From: Octopus sinensis
Lineage: Eukaryota
NCBI RefSeq assembly: GCF_006345805.1
Contig: NC_042998.1
Span: forward strand, 158,224,001-158,288,000
Reading direction: 5' to 3'
Length of the DNA stretch: 64,000 nucleotides
Shown here: one piece after another, positions 49,298 through 63,449 of the stretch
Layout of the letters: the number at the start of each line of letters is the position of its first letter
Numbering within the stretch: position 1 is the stretch's first letter
The notes under the pieces: generated by a model
Told to the model about the DNA's origin: nothing
The model's input: only the letters and a program-made list of their open reading frames with translations
The model's database searches: none
Program-made: the position numbers and the translations under genes

Positions 49298-52200
49298 AAA
49301 TTTCTTTATTGGCCACACAGAGCTAAACACAGAGGGGACAATTACAATGTAGAGTTTTTCTTTTCGAGGAGGGCGAACACAAAGTAAAAAAATAGGGACG
49401 ACGATCAAAATGGATCGAAATCTTTGGGGATATATGCAAAAAATTTCGAAATAGTACAAGAAGTTCCCAAGAAATGGGGAGGTTTATCTGTGGAAAGAAA
49501 AGCCTACGAAAAGACCACAGTAGCCTCAGGCAATTATGTCACATACTAACATTTATATATAAATAAGTAACTCTCTGTATTAAATTTTTATGGTTCATAG
49601 GATTATGTTCAAAGTGGCTTCGTCATTCTTACGTGCCATCCTTGCTACAGTTACCCATCTTTTTTTGAAACATTCGCTAGACAAAACTTCCCTCTCTACT
49701 CTCACTTCCTTTTCAAGTGATACTTGAAAAAGTTGATGAGAGATCGACCAGAGAGGAAAGTGTTTGTCTCTAATCCTTTCAGATGCGTCCACCAGATACA
49801 TTCTTTCGCCATAGCTACAAGTATTATAAAAATAGCTCTTCTTTCCCGTTTGAAGGAAGGAGGCGTAACGATATTGACGATAGACTCAGCTGATAAACCG
49901 ACTTGTCCCACACGTGAAAGCAGTCGTTCGACATAAGCCCACAGGTTGGAAATGGTTCGACACTGCATGAGTGCGTGCAGAACAGTTTCGTCGCTCTGAC
50001 CACATCTCGGGCAGGTCGGCCCCGTGTTTCTCGAACCATGTCTATAGAGCTTATCTCGAACGGGTAGTGCTTCTCGATAGCACTGCCAGGCCAGGGATCT
50101 CTGGAAATTGTCCATAGGTCCCGGCCCGAAAGTCGTCTTGAACAGGCGGATCAGGTATTCCTCATCGACGCCCAGGTTCGCCTCGAGATCGTCGTCGTAC
50201 CTCCCCTCCACTAATCTCCTATAAAATGCTTTCGTGGTGATGCAGTTGCTCAAGTTCGACCCAGGACGGCAGAATTGCTGGAGAGCAACGCGACACTCGC
50301 GGTGCCATTCGCCCTTCCTCGGCCTCTTTTTGATCTACGATTGCAGCTCGGTCATGGAGACGAGTTGCGGGAAAGTGCGCCGCACAAACGGCGACCACAC
50401 CTGCTCACCGTCCTCTACGTAGAGCCGGAGATGTCGCAGTCTCAGCGCGTATCTGCGCATCATCAACCACGGCATGCCCAGTCCTCCTTTCAGCGAGTAT
50501 TGACAGCAAACGGATCGCCTGACCATCGGAACGTTTCCTTTCCACAAGAAGCGGAAGAGGATGTGCTCCAGTTTGGTGACGGTGGGGTCGGGACAAGGCA
50601 CGACAGTCAGGCGGTAGTTGATGACGGATGCGATGTACGCGTTCGCCACCTCTGTCCGACCTTTTAGGAACAGCTTCCTCTCGGCCCATTGCCTGCAGCG
50701 AGTGGCCACCCTACTCGTTATCTCGTCCCAGTTCTTCTCCGTTTGCAGGTCTGGACCGAAGAAGACTCCAAGCAATTTGACCGGCCCCTCCGTCCAGTGT
50801 CCCACAACTGAGGCGCTGGTAGACGGCATGGGCTTGTTTCTCCAGGTGCACAGCCGCAAGCCCACTGACTTTTCTCGGTTGATTTTTCTCCCGTCACTGC
50901 AGTGTCTCGCCGACTAGCTCGATGTGCTCGTGGCTAGACACTATGACGGTGACGTCGTCCGCGTATGCGGACACGCTCGTCCCGCAACCCAGTTCTCGCG
51001 GGATGCCCCTCAGCGTCGCCAGCTTCCGCAGTAGTGGCTCGAGAGTCAATACGTACAGAAGCGACGAGAGGGGGCATCACTGACGGACCGAACGTGCAAT
51101 GTCGAAAGGTCTCGATAGACTCCCATTCTCGCGAATTACCGAACGGATGCCTCTGTACAAGGGAGCCATCCAGCTGCGGAATATGGGACTGAAGCCGGCC
51201 GCTATGAGGACAGCCTCCAAATAACGATGGTCTACCCTATCGAAAGCTTTGGATTGATCCAAATTGATCAGAGCCCCACCCATGCCAGGTTTATTAGCTA
51301 CCCTGTCTATGATGTAGCGCACCAGATAGAGGTTGTCATGGATGCTCCGGCCCGGCACGGCGCAAGTTTGCACCTTGTCAATCAGTTTCTCGATGACAAG
51401 CGCCAACCTCTTGGCTAACACCTTGGCCAAAATTATCAAGTTTGCATTGAGCAGAGTGATGGGCCTAAAGTTATCTATAATGTCCCCTTTGTTTGGATCT
51501 TTCTTTACCAGCGTTACGGCTCCTCGGCTCACAAAACATACAATTGTAAAGCTCGTAGGGCAGACCATCCAAACCTGGCGTTTGTGTGTGGTGTGTGTGA
51601 TGTGGGGGAAGGCGAATCAGTTTTTGTATTGTCTTTTGTTGTTTCTTTAGTTTTTGCTGTTGATGATTTTTTTTCAGATGTTGTTGTATGTTCATTTGTT
51701 GGTGTTGGCGGGTTTGGTTTTGTATTCCCTTTGTTTGTCCTCTGTGCTAATGGTGGTCTGGGTAGTATTTGTTGGTGCTGGCGAGTTTGGTTCCGTACTC
51801 CCTTTGCTTGTCCTCTGTGCTGATGGTGGTGTGGATAGTAGTGGTTCTTTTTTCTTTTGACTTGTTGTGGTTGTTGTTCTTGTTCTGGGTTTTGTTGTTG
51901 TTTTTTTGCTGTTGGTCAATCATTTTTTAGGTGTACCTCGCTGCCACACAAGTAACAGCGAGGCCTCCTAACCTCTACCACCACGTAAAGGAAATTTCCG
52001 TCTGGCATCTCAATTCAGTGGGGGATGTTATTGATTTGGTTTTGATCAATTTGCATCAATAACTGAACCATTTTCCCCGACCATTTCTTTTCCTCCAAGG
52101 TGGCAAATACAAGAATATTTATATTCTCCTCCATTTTGTAGCAAATGGCTGACAACAGCCATTGTGATTCTATTTTTGGAGGGAAATTTTTAATCGAAAT

Positions 52201-52734
52201 TTTGGTCACGCGTTGACCAAGGTAGGTCGGAATTAAAATGAGTTTTTCCGACTGTAATGTGAGCGTCGAAAGTTCTTTCGCTCTTTCTTCGCTGTCGAAG
52301 CGAACCTGTATCGTGGCATATTTGTTTCCCAAATTTAAATAATTTTTATAGGCCCATATCGGCCGTAAACATTTTTCAATCAGTTCTGGTTGTGCTTGTT
52401 CTGGTGTGCGCATTTTTGCGTTTAAGATTTTGTATATTATTGTTTTCTTTTGTGTGTTGTCTATGATGTTTTGTGGTATATGTAAGCGTAGATGTGAACC
52501 TTCTTCAGCTAACAGGGCTTTTGTTTGTTTTATTTGTTCTGTTGTGAAGTGTAATATTGTCTTTTTTGTTTTAATGCTTGTGCAAAATTGGGTTTGGTGG
52601 TAGTGTTGGTGGCAGAGGTGTCACTTGTAGTAGTTGAGGTTGTAGTAGTGGTGTTATTGTTGGCAGTTATCGTAGATGGCAAAACGACGATATCGTTGTT
52701 GTTGTTGTTGTTGTTATTATTGTTGTTATTGTTG

Positions 52735-52772
<38 letters not shown>

Positions 52773-53170
52773 GACAGGGCTGTTAACGAAAGTGGTTGCA
52801 GCGTTCATTTCCACGTCACTCAGGTTTGTCTTTGATTTCTTGCTGGTCATGTCTGTTCTATTCGAATGTCTGTGCGTACAGGAGTTCTTTTTTTCTCCTA
52901 GCGTTTCAAGGCTAGGGAAATGCTGGTCCGTGAAGGAATTTGACCAGCGTTCGACAATAAAATTTCTCGACATTTTTTTAATGTCGAGAAGAAAAATATA
53001 CAAATTAATTAGAGTTGAAACTGCCCCTAGGGGCGAATTCCTCCCTTGGAAAAACACTCAAACGAAAGTTGGGTGCTTTATACACCTTATTTACAAAAAT
53101 GTACACAAAATGAGGGCTATAAATAGTCAAAATAAACGATTACCTTCGCAGCCGATGTGACAACACGTCA
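49298..53170 (-). mobile_element. Tx1/L1-type LINE, internally deleted (ORF1 joined to RT; APE absent)
   Basis: ORF1 pieces 52530-53057 and 52015-52413; RT PGLDGLPYELY, NFRPITLLN, QTCAVPGRSIHDN and LINLDQSKAFDRVDH; C-terminal CPRC..ETVLHALMQC; AATAAA then (TC)n. Confidence 0.9.
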
Positions 53171-53179
53171 GTCGATAGC

Positions 53180-53242
53180 TGGATGGGTGGATGGATGGAT
53201 GGATGGATGGATGGATGGAGGATGGATAGCTAGCTAGCTAGC

Positions 53243-53331
<89 letters not shown>
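53180..53331. repeat. (GGAT)n(GATA)n tetranucleotide repeat
   Basis: Direct reading. Confidence 0.95.
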
Positions 53332-53332
<1 letters not shown>

Positions 53333-54734
53333 TGGACGGCCCACTGAGAATAACGTATCAGTGTCTGCTTCTGCTTATTCGATCAAACGACATTGAAATA
53401 ATGTGTGAAATAGCTGAGTTGTTCTCAGACACGTGTTGTCTCAATGCAATTCTTAAATCAATTTAACCTGACTGTGTGACTGTGCTTTTTTAGTTATAGT
53501 CCATCCGATGGGTTTCTACATAGCTTCCGTCGAACCAATTTCATTCATACGTTATTAGTCGACTCACGGCTACGTTAAGTACCATTTACCCATGATATGC
53601 ATGAGTAAGCGCGCGCCCACCCGCCCGTGCGTATGTGTGTGTGTGTGTGTGTGTTTTCTATGTTTTCCTTTTGTCAGTTTCAGGCACTGTATAATATCAT
53701 ACATTTGGAGTTGTGAAATATCTATTATAGCCATGCACATTATCAGTCCGCTTTATATCTGTCATAACTAGAAGGATCATCATCGCATTAGACTTAACAC
53801 ACCGCCTGTTGTTGCTGTTGCTACTACTTCGATTGCCACTAGAGCTGCTGCTGCTGCTACAGTTTAGTTATATACTTCTTTTTATCTCGTCTTCCTTCCC
53901 TCTTTTATTTCAACTTCTTCCGAGGTCTTATCACCTGTTCGTGACGTGACCGCTATGGCAAATAGGCTTGTGATACTCTTATCCATCAGCCAAGTATGAA
54001 CAACTACGTCAGGTGCCGACTACCGATCGAGGCAAAAGATCAGTATCATCTCTACTTGCAGCCCTGCAACATGATACAGTCACGTCAGCGAAAGGCGTGC
54101 ACGTCTCAACGTTTTTTTTTTCTTTTCTCTTTTGTATGTTTATTCTTGTTTCTTGCTGTAGCTGCTGCTGCTGTCGTTGCTATTGTTGTTGTTGTTGTTG
54201 TTTTTGATGTTGTTTTTGATGTTGATTTTGTTGTTGCTGCTGCTGTTGTTGTTATTGTTATTTTGTCCCCCTCTTCTGGGCAGATATCTGACAGCAATAC
54301 TTAATAGGTAATGCGTGCATTGCATTCGAGGGTTGCTGTGGGAGTGGAAGAGTGGAAGGGTTGAAGGGTTGAGATTTGAAATGTTGAGGGGTTTCGTTGT
54401 TCAAATGATCCGGGTCATAAATTGTCTAATAAATGATATCCGGTCCGAATAATTAATAACCATAAGGATCAGTTATGTAACCCGGGTCAAAGTGTACGCC
54501 TGAAATAACAGAGAGGCGTAAGACAACACCGATTTGTCTCAAAATCGTGTCAGCATATGCTTGCAAGAGATGTTTTCTGGCGTCACACATAATTGAATAG
54601 ACAGGCAAAAAAGTCAAGTAATTGGATTTCCGGCGATTTCGACGATGCGTGTTATAAGTGCTTGATCAAATGAACTGCTTAACTATGGATTTATAGTGCA
54701 AGTAGCTCGTATTCTTAATCTAATTCTAAAGTAG

Positions 54735-54915
54735 AACCGGCGTCACACAGTGTGACAAGGCTCACCCTTTATATTACAGGTACAGTCTTTCACACGGTTT
54801 CCACCTGCCTTGTTTCAGCGATTGGTCTTGAATCGATATGAGATAATGCTAAAGATGCTACGCAGTGGAATCGAACACAAGACTTCATGATTGTAAAGCG
54901 AACTTCTTAACTACT
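54735..54915 (-). mobile_element. SINE family C-like, degraded
   Basis: gcagtggaatcgaacacaagacttcatgattgtaaagcgaacttcttaactactc is a reversed tRNA-like head. Confidence 0.5.
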
Positions 54916-54925
54916 CGTTCATATA

Positions 54926-55124
54926 AGATGGGTGTTGAAAAGTTCCTGGCTTTGAGTAAAAGGAAATTCAGGTGGATCAGTGAATTATGATTTTATTCAG
55001 TATATTCCCCTCTCAGATTCACATACTTATTGCTGTGTTCCTTCAGTTTTCCTAAGCCCTGTAAGAGAACTCGAAAGGTGTTTTGCGATACCCTTAAAGC
55101 CAGGAACTTTACAGCACCCCATCG
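54926..55124. mobile_element. Mariner-type MITE, 199 bp
   Basis: TIRs agatgggtgttgaaaagttcctggcttt / cgatggggtgctgtaaagttcctggcttt; TA at 54924-25 and 55125-26. Confidence 0.85.
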
Positions 55125-56228
55125 TATATGCATAAAAACAGATAAATAAACATATGCGCGCGCGCACACACGCACACACGCACACACACACATACACACA
55201 CTCATACATACCATTATCTTCACAAGTGCATAAAAACACACTGATAAATATTCACACTTATGCAAATATATACGCATAAAAACATTCATATTCACATAAA
55301 CATATACCTACATAAGCATAAAACTCCCACATACATATACAGACTGTTAACCACACAAGTATAAATGCATGCGGCTTAATGCACTCATGCTCATACACGC
55401 ATATACAAAAACACTTATGCATATGCACCAACACACACTCTGGCTCATTCACAGTTAAACAGACTGCATGCACAGACATGCACATAAACATACACCCATA
55501 TACATGAATACATATGTATATACTTCAGCACACACATACTTCAGTACACACTTGTGCGTACACATATGTATGCAATTATACGTAGAAAAACACTCACTTG
55601 CATGCACACATCCATTCAACCAAATACACAGATTTAAAAAATCACAAGTATTTATTCTCCTCATACATCATAATGTCAACGTGTTCTCTATATCGAAATT
55701 CAAGATAATTCACATCATTTTCCCTCTTAAAACATATATTGTTACCAATATCTCTAACTTCGCAGTGGTAGCTTATTTTGACAAAGCACAAAACGTTGAT
55801 TTATATTTTATTTAATATTTACTGTCTGAGGGATTTTCTCTGCACAATTTTTGTCCTTAGTAGTCTAACCACTTCAAACACTTGCAGTTCTTCGAAGTCG
55901 ACCAAGTCTTTAAATTTACTTTCCTCCTACGAACATACATCAATTCATGAATCATATTACTTCTACGACTTCACTCCATCTTCATCGTCACCACCACCAT
56001 ACTTGGCCTATTTATCACTTTCCTATGTTCTTGTTCAAGCTTCTTCCTTGCTGATATAAAACGATGATACAAGCATATTACAGTATATTACTTGTATATC
56101 GCAGTAATTACAGGTATATAAATAAGTATGTTAAGTGTCCATCACAAGATATTGCAAATATATTACAATATGTTTACGTCTATATCACAGTATATTACTG
56201 TTTATATATAATTTAATATCATAAGATA

Positions 56229-56545
56229 TGAAGGCGCGTAGCTTAGTGGTTATGGTGTTTCGGCTCACTCTCATACAGCCGTAGTTCGATTCCTGGAGGT
56301 GTGTTTTGTCCTGGAGCAAGACACTTTTCACGTTTCTCGAGTTCATTAAACTTGTAAAAAGAAGTTGTACCTGTAATTCGAAGGGCTAGACTTGTCACAT
56401 TTTATGTCATGCTGAATTTCCCAAGAACTACGTTAAGTGTATTCGTGTCTATGGAACGTTCGGCCACTTCCACGTTAATTTCACGAGCAGTCTGTTCAGT
56501 TGATTGGATAAACTGGTACATTCGTCGTCGTAACCGACGGTGTCA
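56229..56545 (+). mobile_element. SINE family C
   Basis: gaaggcgcgtagcttagtggtta..gtagttcgattcc..ctggagcaagacactt. Confidence 0.75.
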
Positions 56546-56764
56546 CAGGGGAAGAAATAAGAATATTATTAGCACATCACAGCCGATTGGTGCTGATGTA
56601 TGGACCAATAAACAATAACGTCTATTGTCATCGATTTGTGACCTCAACACATGATTGAAACGATCATTGGGCACCCTTGATTATTTTCACTAGGAAGATA
56701 TATATTAGTATATATATATACATATACACACACACATACATACATACATATATATTTTTTTCGC

Positions 56765-56990
56765 CCCTTTCAAGCCTAGCCAGGCTCATGGGCCCGGTTT
56801 CCCGGTTTCTGTGGCGTATGTGTCCCCCCCCCCCCGCTGCGTTATTCGTTTTTGCCAGCTGAGTGGACTGGAGCAACGTGAAATGAAGTGTTTTGCTCAA
56901 GAACACAACTCGTCGCCAGGTCCATGATTCGAAATCACAATATTACGATCATGATACTGACATCCTAACCACTAAGCCACGCATCTCCAC
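56765..56990 (-). mobile_element. SINE family C
   Basis: Minus head gagatgcgtggcttagtggttagg..ttcttgagcaaaacacttcatttcacgttgctccagtccactcagctg. Confidence 0.75.
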
Positions 56991-57089
56991 ATACATACAT
57001 ACATACATATATTATATATATATACGATATAGTGTATATTTAAACACGTAAGGAATCCACTTGTAGGGAATTCAACACGCTAGAGAGAA

Positions 57090-59990
57090 CAGCTAGGTTC
57101 TGTAAGCCACAAAAATAACGGATAAAATTCGACAGGAATAAATTTGGAAATTAAAAACATTTACATTCTTTGTAGCCAGCGAATGACTGCGTCTGCGCAG
57201 TAAAATTTGAAAAGTTAGTTCGTATAAACAGGAGACAACTAGCCTTGCTTTTCCAAGAGAAGACCAGCTACAGAGAGGGTTTGACCCTGAGATTTGTTGA
57301 TGGACATGGCAAAGCTGACACGAAGGGGAATTGCAGTCTTCTGAATGTAAATGGAATTTCTGCTCCTGATGGAGTAAGAAGAATTCTTGGAATAAAGACG
57401 TCATGACCTTTTCCACATAGAGAAAGAATGATCGCCTCGATAATGTGTGACATCATTTCCTTTATCACCAGTTGTGTTCCATTGCAAAGTCTTGGTGGTT
57501 CCAGATTGCAGAGTAGCATTACAGGAGTTCCAACTTTAAGTGCTAATATGTGTGGAGGTAGTCCAGGAGGCTCCAGTGAATTGAGAAATTCAGGAGGATA
57601 GTTCACAACTTAATTTATATCTGGAATTGTATCAACAGACTTGTAAGTGTGTATAGTGCCGGGAAGAGAATGCATTAGCTGTTGATTAATTTTGTTAACA
57701 GCGACGTTTCTTGGAGCTAATATTGCTCTTTCACACAGCCAATTGTGATTTTGGTAGTTTTGTGTGAAGTTGGGAAATACTTTGTTTTTGAGGTCATCTA
57801 CAGAATAAACAACAGAGGAAAATGACCACACTTCTATTTGTCCTGCAGCATCGAGAGGCATCTTGCCTTCACTAAGTATCAAAATGTCCTGTGCAAACTT
57901 TGTGGACATTTTGTCGCCGTGTAGCTGAGCTCTCATGTTAGTGGTGAGACTGAGGATTGTAACATGATGCCACAGGGTAGAGGACTTTAGGCATGCTTGG
58001 ACTTCATCTGCTCTAGTGCCTTTCGAAATGACAGGAAGAGTTTGCCTGAAATCACCTGACAACAGAAGCGTTACAGTCTCGGATGTCTTTCAGGGCTCTA
58101 TCTAATTCTTCCAAAGCTCCCTTGTGAGTCATAGTGCACTCATCCCAGATAATTAGATGACACATTTTAAGTACTTGTCCCTGATCTGAGCTTTTGTTGA
58201 TGTTGCATGAAGGCATTTCGGATGCTGCTAAATTGAGAGGGAGTTTAAAAGTTGAGTGTGCTGTCCTGCCACCGGGTAACAAAGTAGCTGCAATACCAGA
58301 GGAGGCTTCAGCTACTGCAATGTCCTGATGCTGCCTAACTTCTGCAAGGAGAAGCTTTGTAATAAATGTTTTTCCTATCGAGGAAGAAGATTCGTCCCCC
58401 GCGTTGGCGTACACTGTAAAGAATAGTTCTGTAGGCCTGCAGCTGGTCCAGAAGTAATTTAGGCTCATTGTCAACAATGTACTTTGAAAACGCTTGAGTG
58501 TCGTAGGTTGTTTCACGAATGACAGCAGTGGGAAGGCTATTTGACCCTGACCTGAATGCTTGTGGCAGGCCATACGTCGACAATTCATTTCCACCCAGTT
58601 TAGCAATTATGTCTTCAATGTCAATGAGTGTTTTGTTATAGATTTCATTGCTGATACTCTCCATATCAGGATAGAGCAGTTGGGCTTGGCGCTGAAAGTC
58701 TTCAGCCAGGTTGTCTCTATATTTGAGCCATAGAGTGGCCGGATCACACAGTTCGCATGCCTGTAGTAATACTGCAAATAGTAATACTGCAAATGTGATA
58801 AAACAGCCTCTCCTAAAGTTGCATCCCATTGTGCACCATCTTCTAACAGACCTTGTCGATAGCAGGCTTCTCTGTATGTTGTGCAGACATGTCCATGAAC
58901 GGTTTTTAGGGCCTGGAAAGACGTTGGTCCTCTGACCTCATGCAGTAGTAGACGAAGGTAGAAGCACTCTTGTTGAGTGGAATGCACTGTGTATACTCGC
59001 CCATGGCAAGTGTGAAACTTAATGCCAGGGTATCCATGAACATTTTGACCTGCTTTCCGTGGGGCCAATTTTTTTCCATTCGAAGTGTATTTCGATGGAA
59101 TCTGTGGATACAGCAAGGTTTGAGCGAATGGATCCACTTGACAAAGCTTAAAGAATGCAGTGCGTGTGCTATCCCTTGGTTCCTCTGCCAACAGAGAAGC
59201 ATTAGCATCGGTGAAGTACACTCTTTGACCATTTTCCAGGTGCACTGCAAGCTGTTGAATGGGTGAATTGGAAAGCCAAAGATGCACCAGAAAGCCTCGT
59301 TGCTACTTATGTACCGTCCCACCTGATAATGCGTCACCTCATCCTGGCAGTATTCTTGTTGAAGTCCAAACATTGCAGCGTCAGAACCCTTGTTTATGTA
59401 TTTGCAAACGTACTTGATGGATATAACGGAGTTGCAAAACTCAACGTTGATGTGGACATTGAAAGTCTTTGACAGGAGTGGGCAGTATGGAACAATCTAT
59501 CTATTATCAATATCGTGCTGTCCGATATTTGCTGTGAAACGTCCGTCTTCTGGTTTTCTGCGTCTGTATGATGGATACCCATCAGCACCTGTCTGAGTTT
59601 CTTGTAGGAACCTCCTTGGAAATCTTTTTGAACATATGCTGTCCTTCAAGCATGGTGAGTTTATGTTGAATCCACGCCCACATGGACCATGTACCATGTT
59701 TGCTTTAACTATTTCGTATAGTTCTTTGTCTAAAGCTGGATCAGGAAGCTCTGCAGAGATTATCTTGTCGATGTCATTGGAATTGATCTTCGCTGAGAGC
59801 CAAATCAGGATATGATCATGTGGAAGGCCCCTTTTTTGTCACTCGATTGTGTACATGTCACATTGTATGGGCCCAAAGACTTGCCCTTTTTGTATGAGCT
59901 CCATGAGAGAGATTAACTTCAGATGGAAAACTCGGTCGTTGAGATTCCGGTTTGAATGTAAGGCAGGCTTGAAAGAGTTCCCAACAGTTA
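57090..59990 (-). mobile_element. Helitron RepHel, 5'-truncated and frameshifted
   Basis: Rep: YTIE*QKRGLPH, MVHGPCG, GYPSYRRR, HINVEFC and RYISSNEA. PIF1-like helicase: GKTF, ASSGIAATLLPGGRTAHS, IIWDEC, GDFRQTLP, LCNGT and [13 protein letters not shown]. Confidence 0.93.
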
Positions 59991-60067
59991 TTAGTTGTAG
60001 TGGTAGAGTGTTTATGCCGAATATGTACGTATACATGTATATATATGTATGCCTGTATATATGTACA

Positions 60068-60198
60068 AAATCCACTGAGAAGGCTTTTGTTGATCTGAGG
60101 CTACAGCAGAAGACACATGCCAAGTCACCACACAGTGGGACTGAAGCCAGGACCATGTGCTTGGAACGTAGTTTGTTACCACACAGCCACACCTATGG
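60068..60198 (-). mobile_element. SINE family A head fragment
   Basis: cagtgggactgaagcc..ttaccacacagccacacctat. Confidence 0.75.
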
Positions 60199-60959
60199 GT
60201 GTGTGTGTGTGTGTGTACGTATGTGTGTATGGGTAGATATATTGTGCATGTATATATGTGCATTATATGTGTGTACATATTACATGTACATATATATATA
60301 TACATCTACACATAAAATACAAAATACAAAGTTTTATCTTGATATCGCTAGTGATAACAATACTCAAAATATATAACAGACTGGAATTGTAGGCCCGTCT
60401 CTTGCAATTTCGATCAATTAGATCTTGTCCTCCCTCTTGTATAGAAGTGTACGGCTGCAGCGAAATTCATTTTCGGACTTTCTTCTATCGAAGGCATTTT
60501 AACAAAAACGGTGAAAATATTGTCAATTTCCCCAAACAGGGACACAATTCAATTTTTAAACAATAACCAAAGCCCCGTTTCCGAAAGGGGGAGGGTTACG
60601 GTTTACAATTATTTAACAAATTCAACACAACAACGTTTCCCTGACGAGGAACCAACAAACGTGATTACAATAGTCAAACAGTAATAATAAAAACAACAAA
60701 CTTTTTTAATTTATCCCCATTTATGTGAAACCACTTATTCAAGTTCAAGTCATTGATGCAATTTTATACGAATTGCTAATACACACACACACACACACAT
60801 AATAAGGGTGAAAAATTGAATATTAATTTGATTAATATGAATTGAAAACCAGTGGTGTAGCATATAAGACCATAGCGGATCTTCTTCTGGCAAAATGGAT
60901 GACCACTTGTTAATGGTTTATCCCTGTCATATAATACTTTCACTTTAATAGTTTCAGTA

Positions 60960-61212
60960 TGACAAAAGAGAGATGTTTTTGTTTCACTTTTAACACGTAA
61001 TACTGAAATAGTGGAGAAGATATGATATTGTTGTGGGGTCGCCCTAGGGAAAAGTTAAGATTTTTTGTCGATGACACTCCTCGGACCTTACGAAAGGCAT
61101 GTGTAAAATTTGAATGAAATTAGTTGTGTAGTTCGCAAGTTTTAGGAAAGCACACAGACAGACAGACAGACAGACAGACTGACACACATTCACAGTTTTA
61201 TATATAGAGAGA
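60960..61212 (-). mobile_element. Possible non-autonomous Helitron 5' portion
   Basis: Minus strand begins tctctatatataaaactgtgaatgtgtg followed by (TCTG)n; no 3' end found. Confidence 0.35.
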
Positions 61213-61317
61213 CATACATACGATAGGGTACCCAAACGAAACCAGAATTTTGCTTACACTTTTAGTGCCTTCAAAGTATTCTCAATTAAAAGCAATGTAC
61301 CGATCAATACGCATTTT

Positions 61318-61355
<38 letters not shown>

Positions 61356-61464
61356 ACAAACACACACACACACACACACGTACTTGTTACCTGTTTATAG
61401 ACTGTGTACTAAGTGAAATTGTGGACAACCTATACTACTCTTATCCACTGGGCTACAGAAAACT

Positions 61465-63135
61465 CTAAATACGATCTAGATGACCCGATACGATTTGTCC
61501 AAGTTGATATTGGCAGATTCGGGTAATCTGCTTGGTACCTGTCAGACAATCGAAAACGTTTGAGCAGGTTTTTGAGGCTTTTTTACCCCCACTCTCCTAT
61601 CAGATACGCCCACCCAATTGAGATGTCCATCTAAGACAGTGTTCCAATCCCCTACTAACACTAAAGTCCGAGACGTTCCCAGGAAAACCTCCAGACGCTT
61701 GATTGAAGTAATCAGACCGCCCTGCACCTGCCGGAGCATAGGAAGCCACCAGTCTGAAAGCACTGCTGTTCGCATCTAGGACTACCGTTACTGCTGTTCT
61801 CATCTAGGACTACCAACTTACCTTCTGGATCCTGGAAGACTGCCTTATTTCCAAATTCAGAACTTTCCGGAAAGCACCACAGTACCAGTACCGTCCCCTC
61901 CCGGCCGACACCGAAAAGGGTGATGAGGTTCCGTGGGTCGGATTGTCTAGATTCACTAATGGCTGCTACGTCTACACTAAAGGAACTCAGGTCATTTAAA
62001 AGTGACCTTGTTTCGAAGGCGACCCGAGGCCCCTAACATTTATGCAACCTATTCAGAGCATCACCATGCTAAAAATAAATATTTAGGACAAAGAGTTCTA
62101 CTTACCACTGTTGTCTGGTAGGGTGCCCCTTCCCTTGGTCTTTGGTGTGGCGGTTTCCACGAGGTTTTTAAAAAGTCTTTTTGAGAATGTCTTTTGGAAG
62201 GGCCCAACAGCATTTGGGAAGTTTCTTTTCAATGTGGTGTATGTGTTTTGGGTGAGATTTACAATTTGTATGTGTGATGGTGGTGCATTGTGAGTTGTGA
62301 AGAAAATGTGTTTGAATTGTTACGTAGATATGTTATTAGGTGTATGTCGTCTGTGCTGATAGCTGTGAAGTTGGTGGTTCTTGTGGAGTCTGTGTCGCAC
62401 ATTGTGTTGGTGTTTGAGGTGGTAGTGTTGGTAAAGGCGGTGTTGTTGTTGTTGGTTGTTGTGTGTGTGTGTTGCTGTTGTTGGGAAGTTCCACTTCTTT
62501 GCGCCTCCCCCTTTCTCTTCTACTGTCTCTTGAGTCTAGTTTGTCTTTTTTGGTGGGGGGACTGTCTGCCACTTCCCACTCTCGACCTCAGTACTCGAAC
62601 AGTCCGAGTTGGTTGGGTGGGGAAGGGGGATTTTTTCTGGGTATTGGTTTTGTTAGGATTCATCTGTTGCTGCTATTACTGATATAGTAGCTGTTGGTGG
62701 TGGTGGTGTTACTGCTACTGGTGGAGGTGGTACTCCGGATAGGGTCTTTGTTGGTGGTGCTGATGGTGCCCTGGCGACGGCTGGAAGCGGCGTAGCTGTT
62801 GCTGCTGCAGCTTGTGGTGATGGTGTTGGTGTTTGGATGACCACTGGTTTCTGCTGCGGCTGTTTATGCTGCTACTGTACAGGAGGTGCCCCCGGTTCTG
62901 GTGTCGGCAGAAGGGCCGGTTGCCTCTTCTTAGGTTGGTAGTGCTTGTGGAGTCTGTGTCTCACATTGGGGTGGTGTTTGAGGTGGTAGTACTGGTGAAA
63001 GTGGCCTTGGTCACCACAAGGTAGCCTTGGTCACCACAAGGTAGCCTTGGTCACCACAAAAGTAGCATCTTGGCCTTCTGAGCGACGGAATGCCGGTAAA
63101 CATTTTGTGCTGTTCGCTAACAATTTTGTCAGCTC
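61465..63135 (-). mobile_element. Tx1/L1-type LINE fragment: ORF1 3' part (zinc knuckle, T/P-rich) plus APE endonuclease 5' part
   Basis: PRCYFCGDQG(H); AVFQDPEGKLVVLD..FRLVASYAP..VLVGDWN; HLDRI near 61470. Confidence 0.8.
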
Positions 63136-63263
63136 GTCGCGCTAATAACAATAATGAGAAACAGAAGAAATAGCTATGGAATATTTTATTTGTGAATTAA
63201 CACTGCGTTGTTAATCTACAAATAAGGAACAGGTATCCACCGAATTCGGTGTTAAGCACTATC

Positions 63264-63432
63264 GTGTATACATGCACAAACACATACATACATTCATACA
63301 TATATACATGCATGCATACATGCAAGCATGTATACATACATACACACATACATGCATAAATGTATGCATGCATACATACATACATGCATACATACATGCA
63401 TACATACATACATGCATACATACATACATGCA
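63264..63432. repeat. (TACA/TGCA)n compound repeat
   Basis: Direct reading. Confidence 0.9.
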
Positions 63433-63449
63433 TAAAGATATGATGTAAA

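Noticed and set aside
57080-57110. agaac-ctagct-gttct hairpin plus CTAG as the Helitron 3' end
   Set aside because: Short AT-rich stem and CTAG not followed by T; not convincing.
60630-60665. CTGACGA followed by gg-aa-cc
   Set aside because: No GAAA after the stem and no stem I or III.
60800-60960. Possible additional PLE or LINE fragment
   Set aside because: No motif I can name with confidence; needs a repeat-library search.
63001-63060. Regular direct repeats resembling CRISPR
   Set aside because: Contiguous 20-bp tandem units without spacers, inside a eukaryotic LINE.
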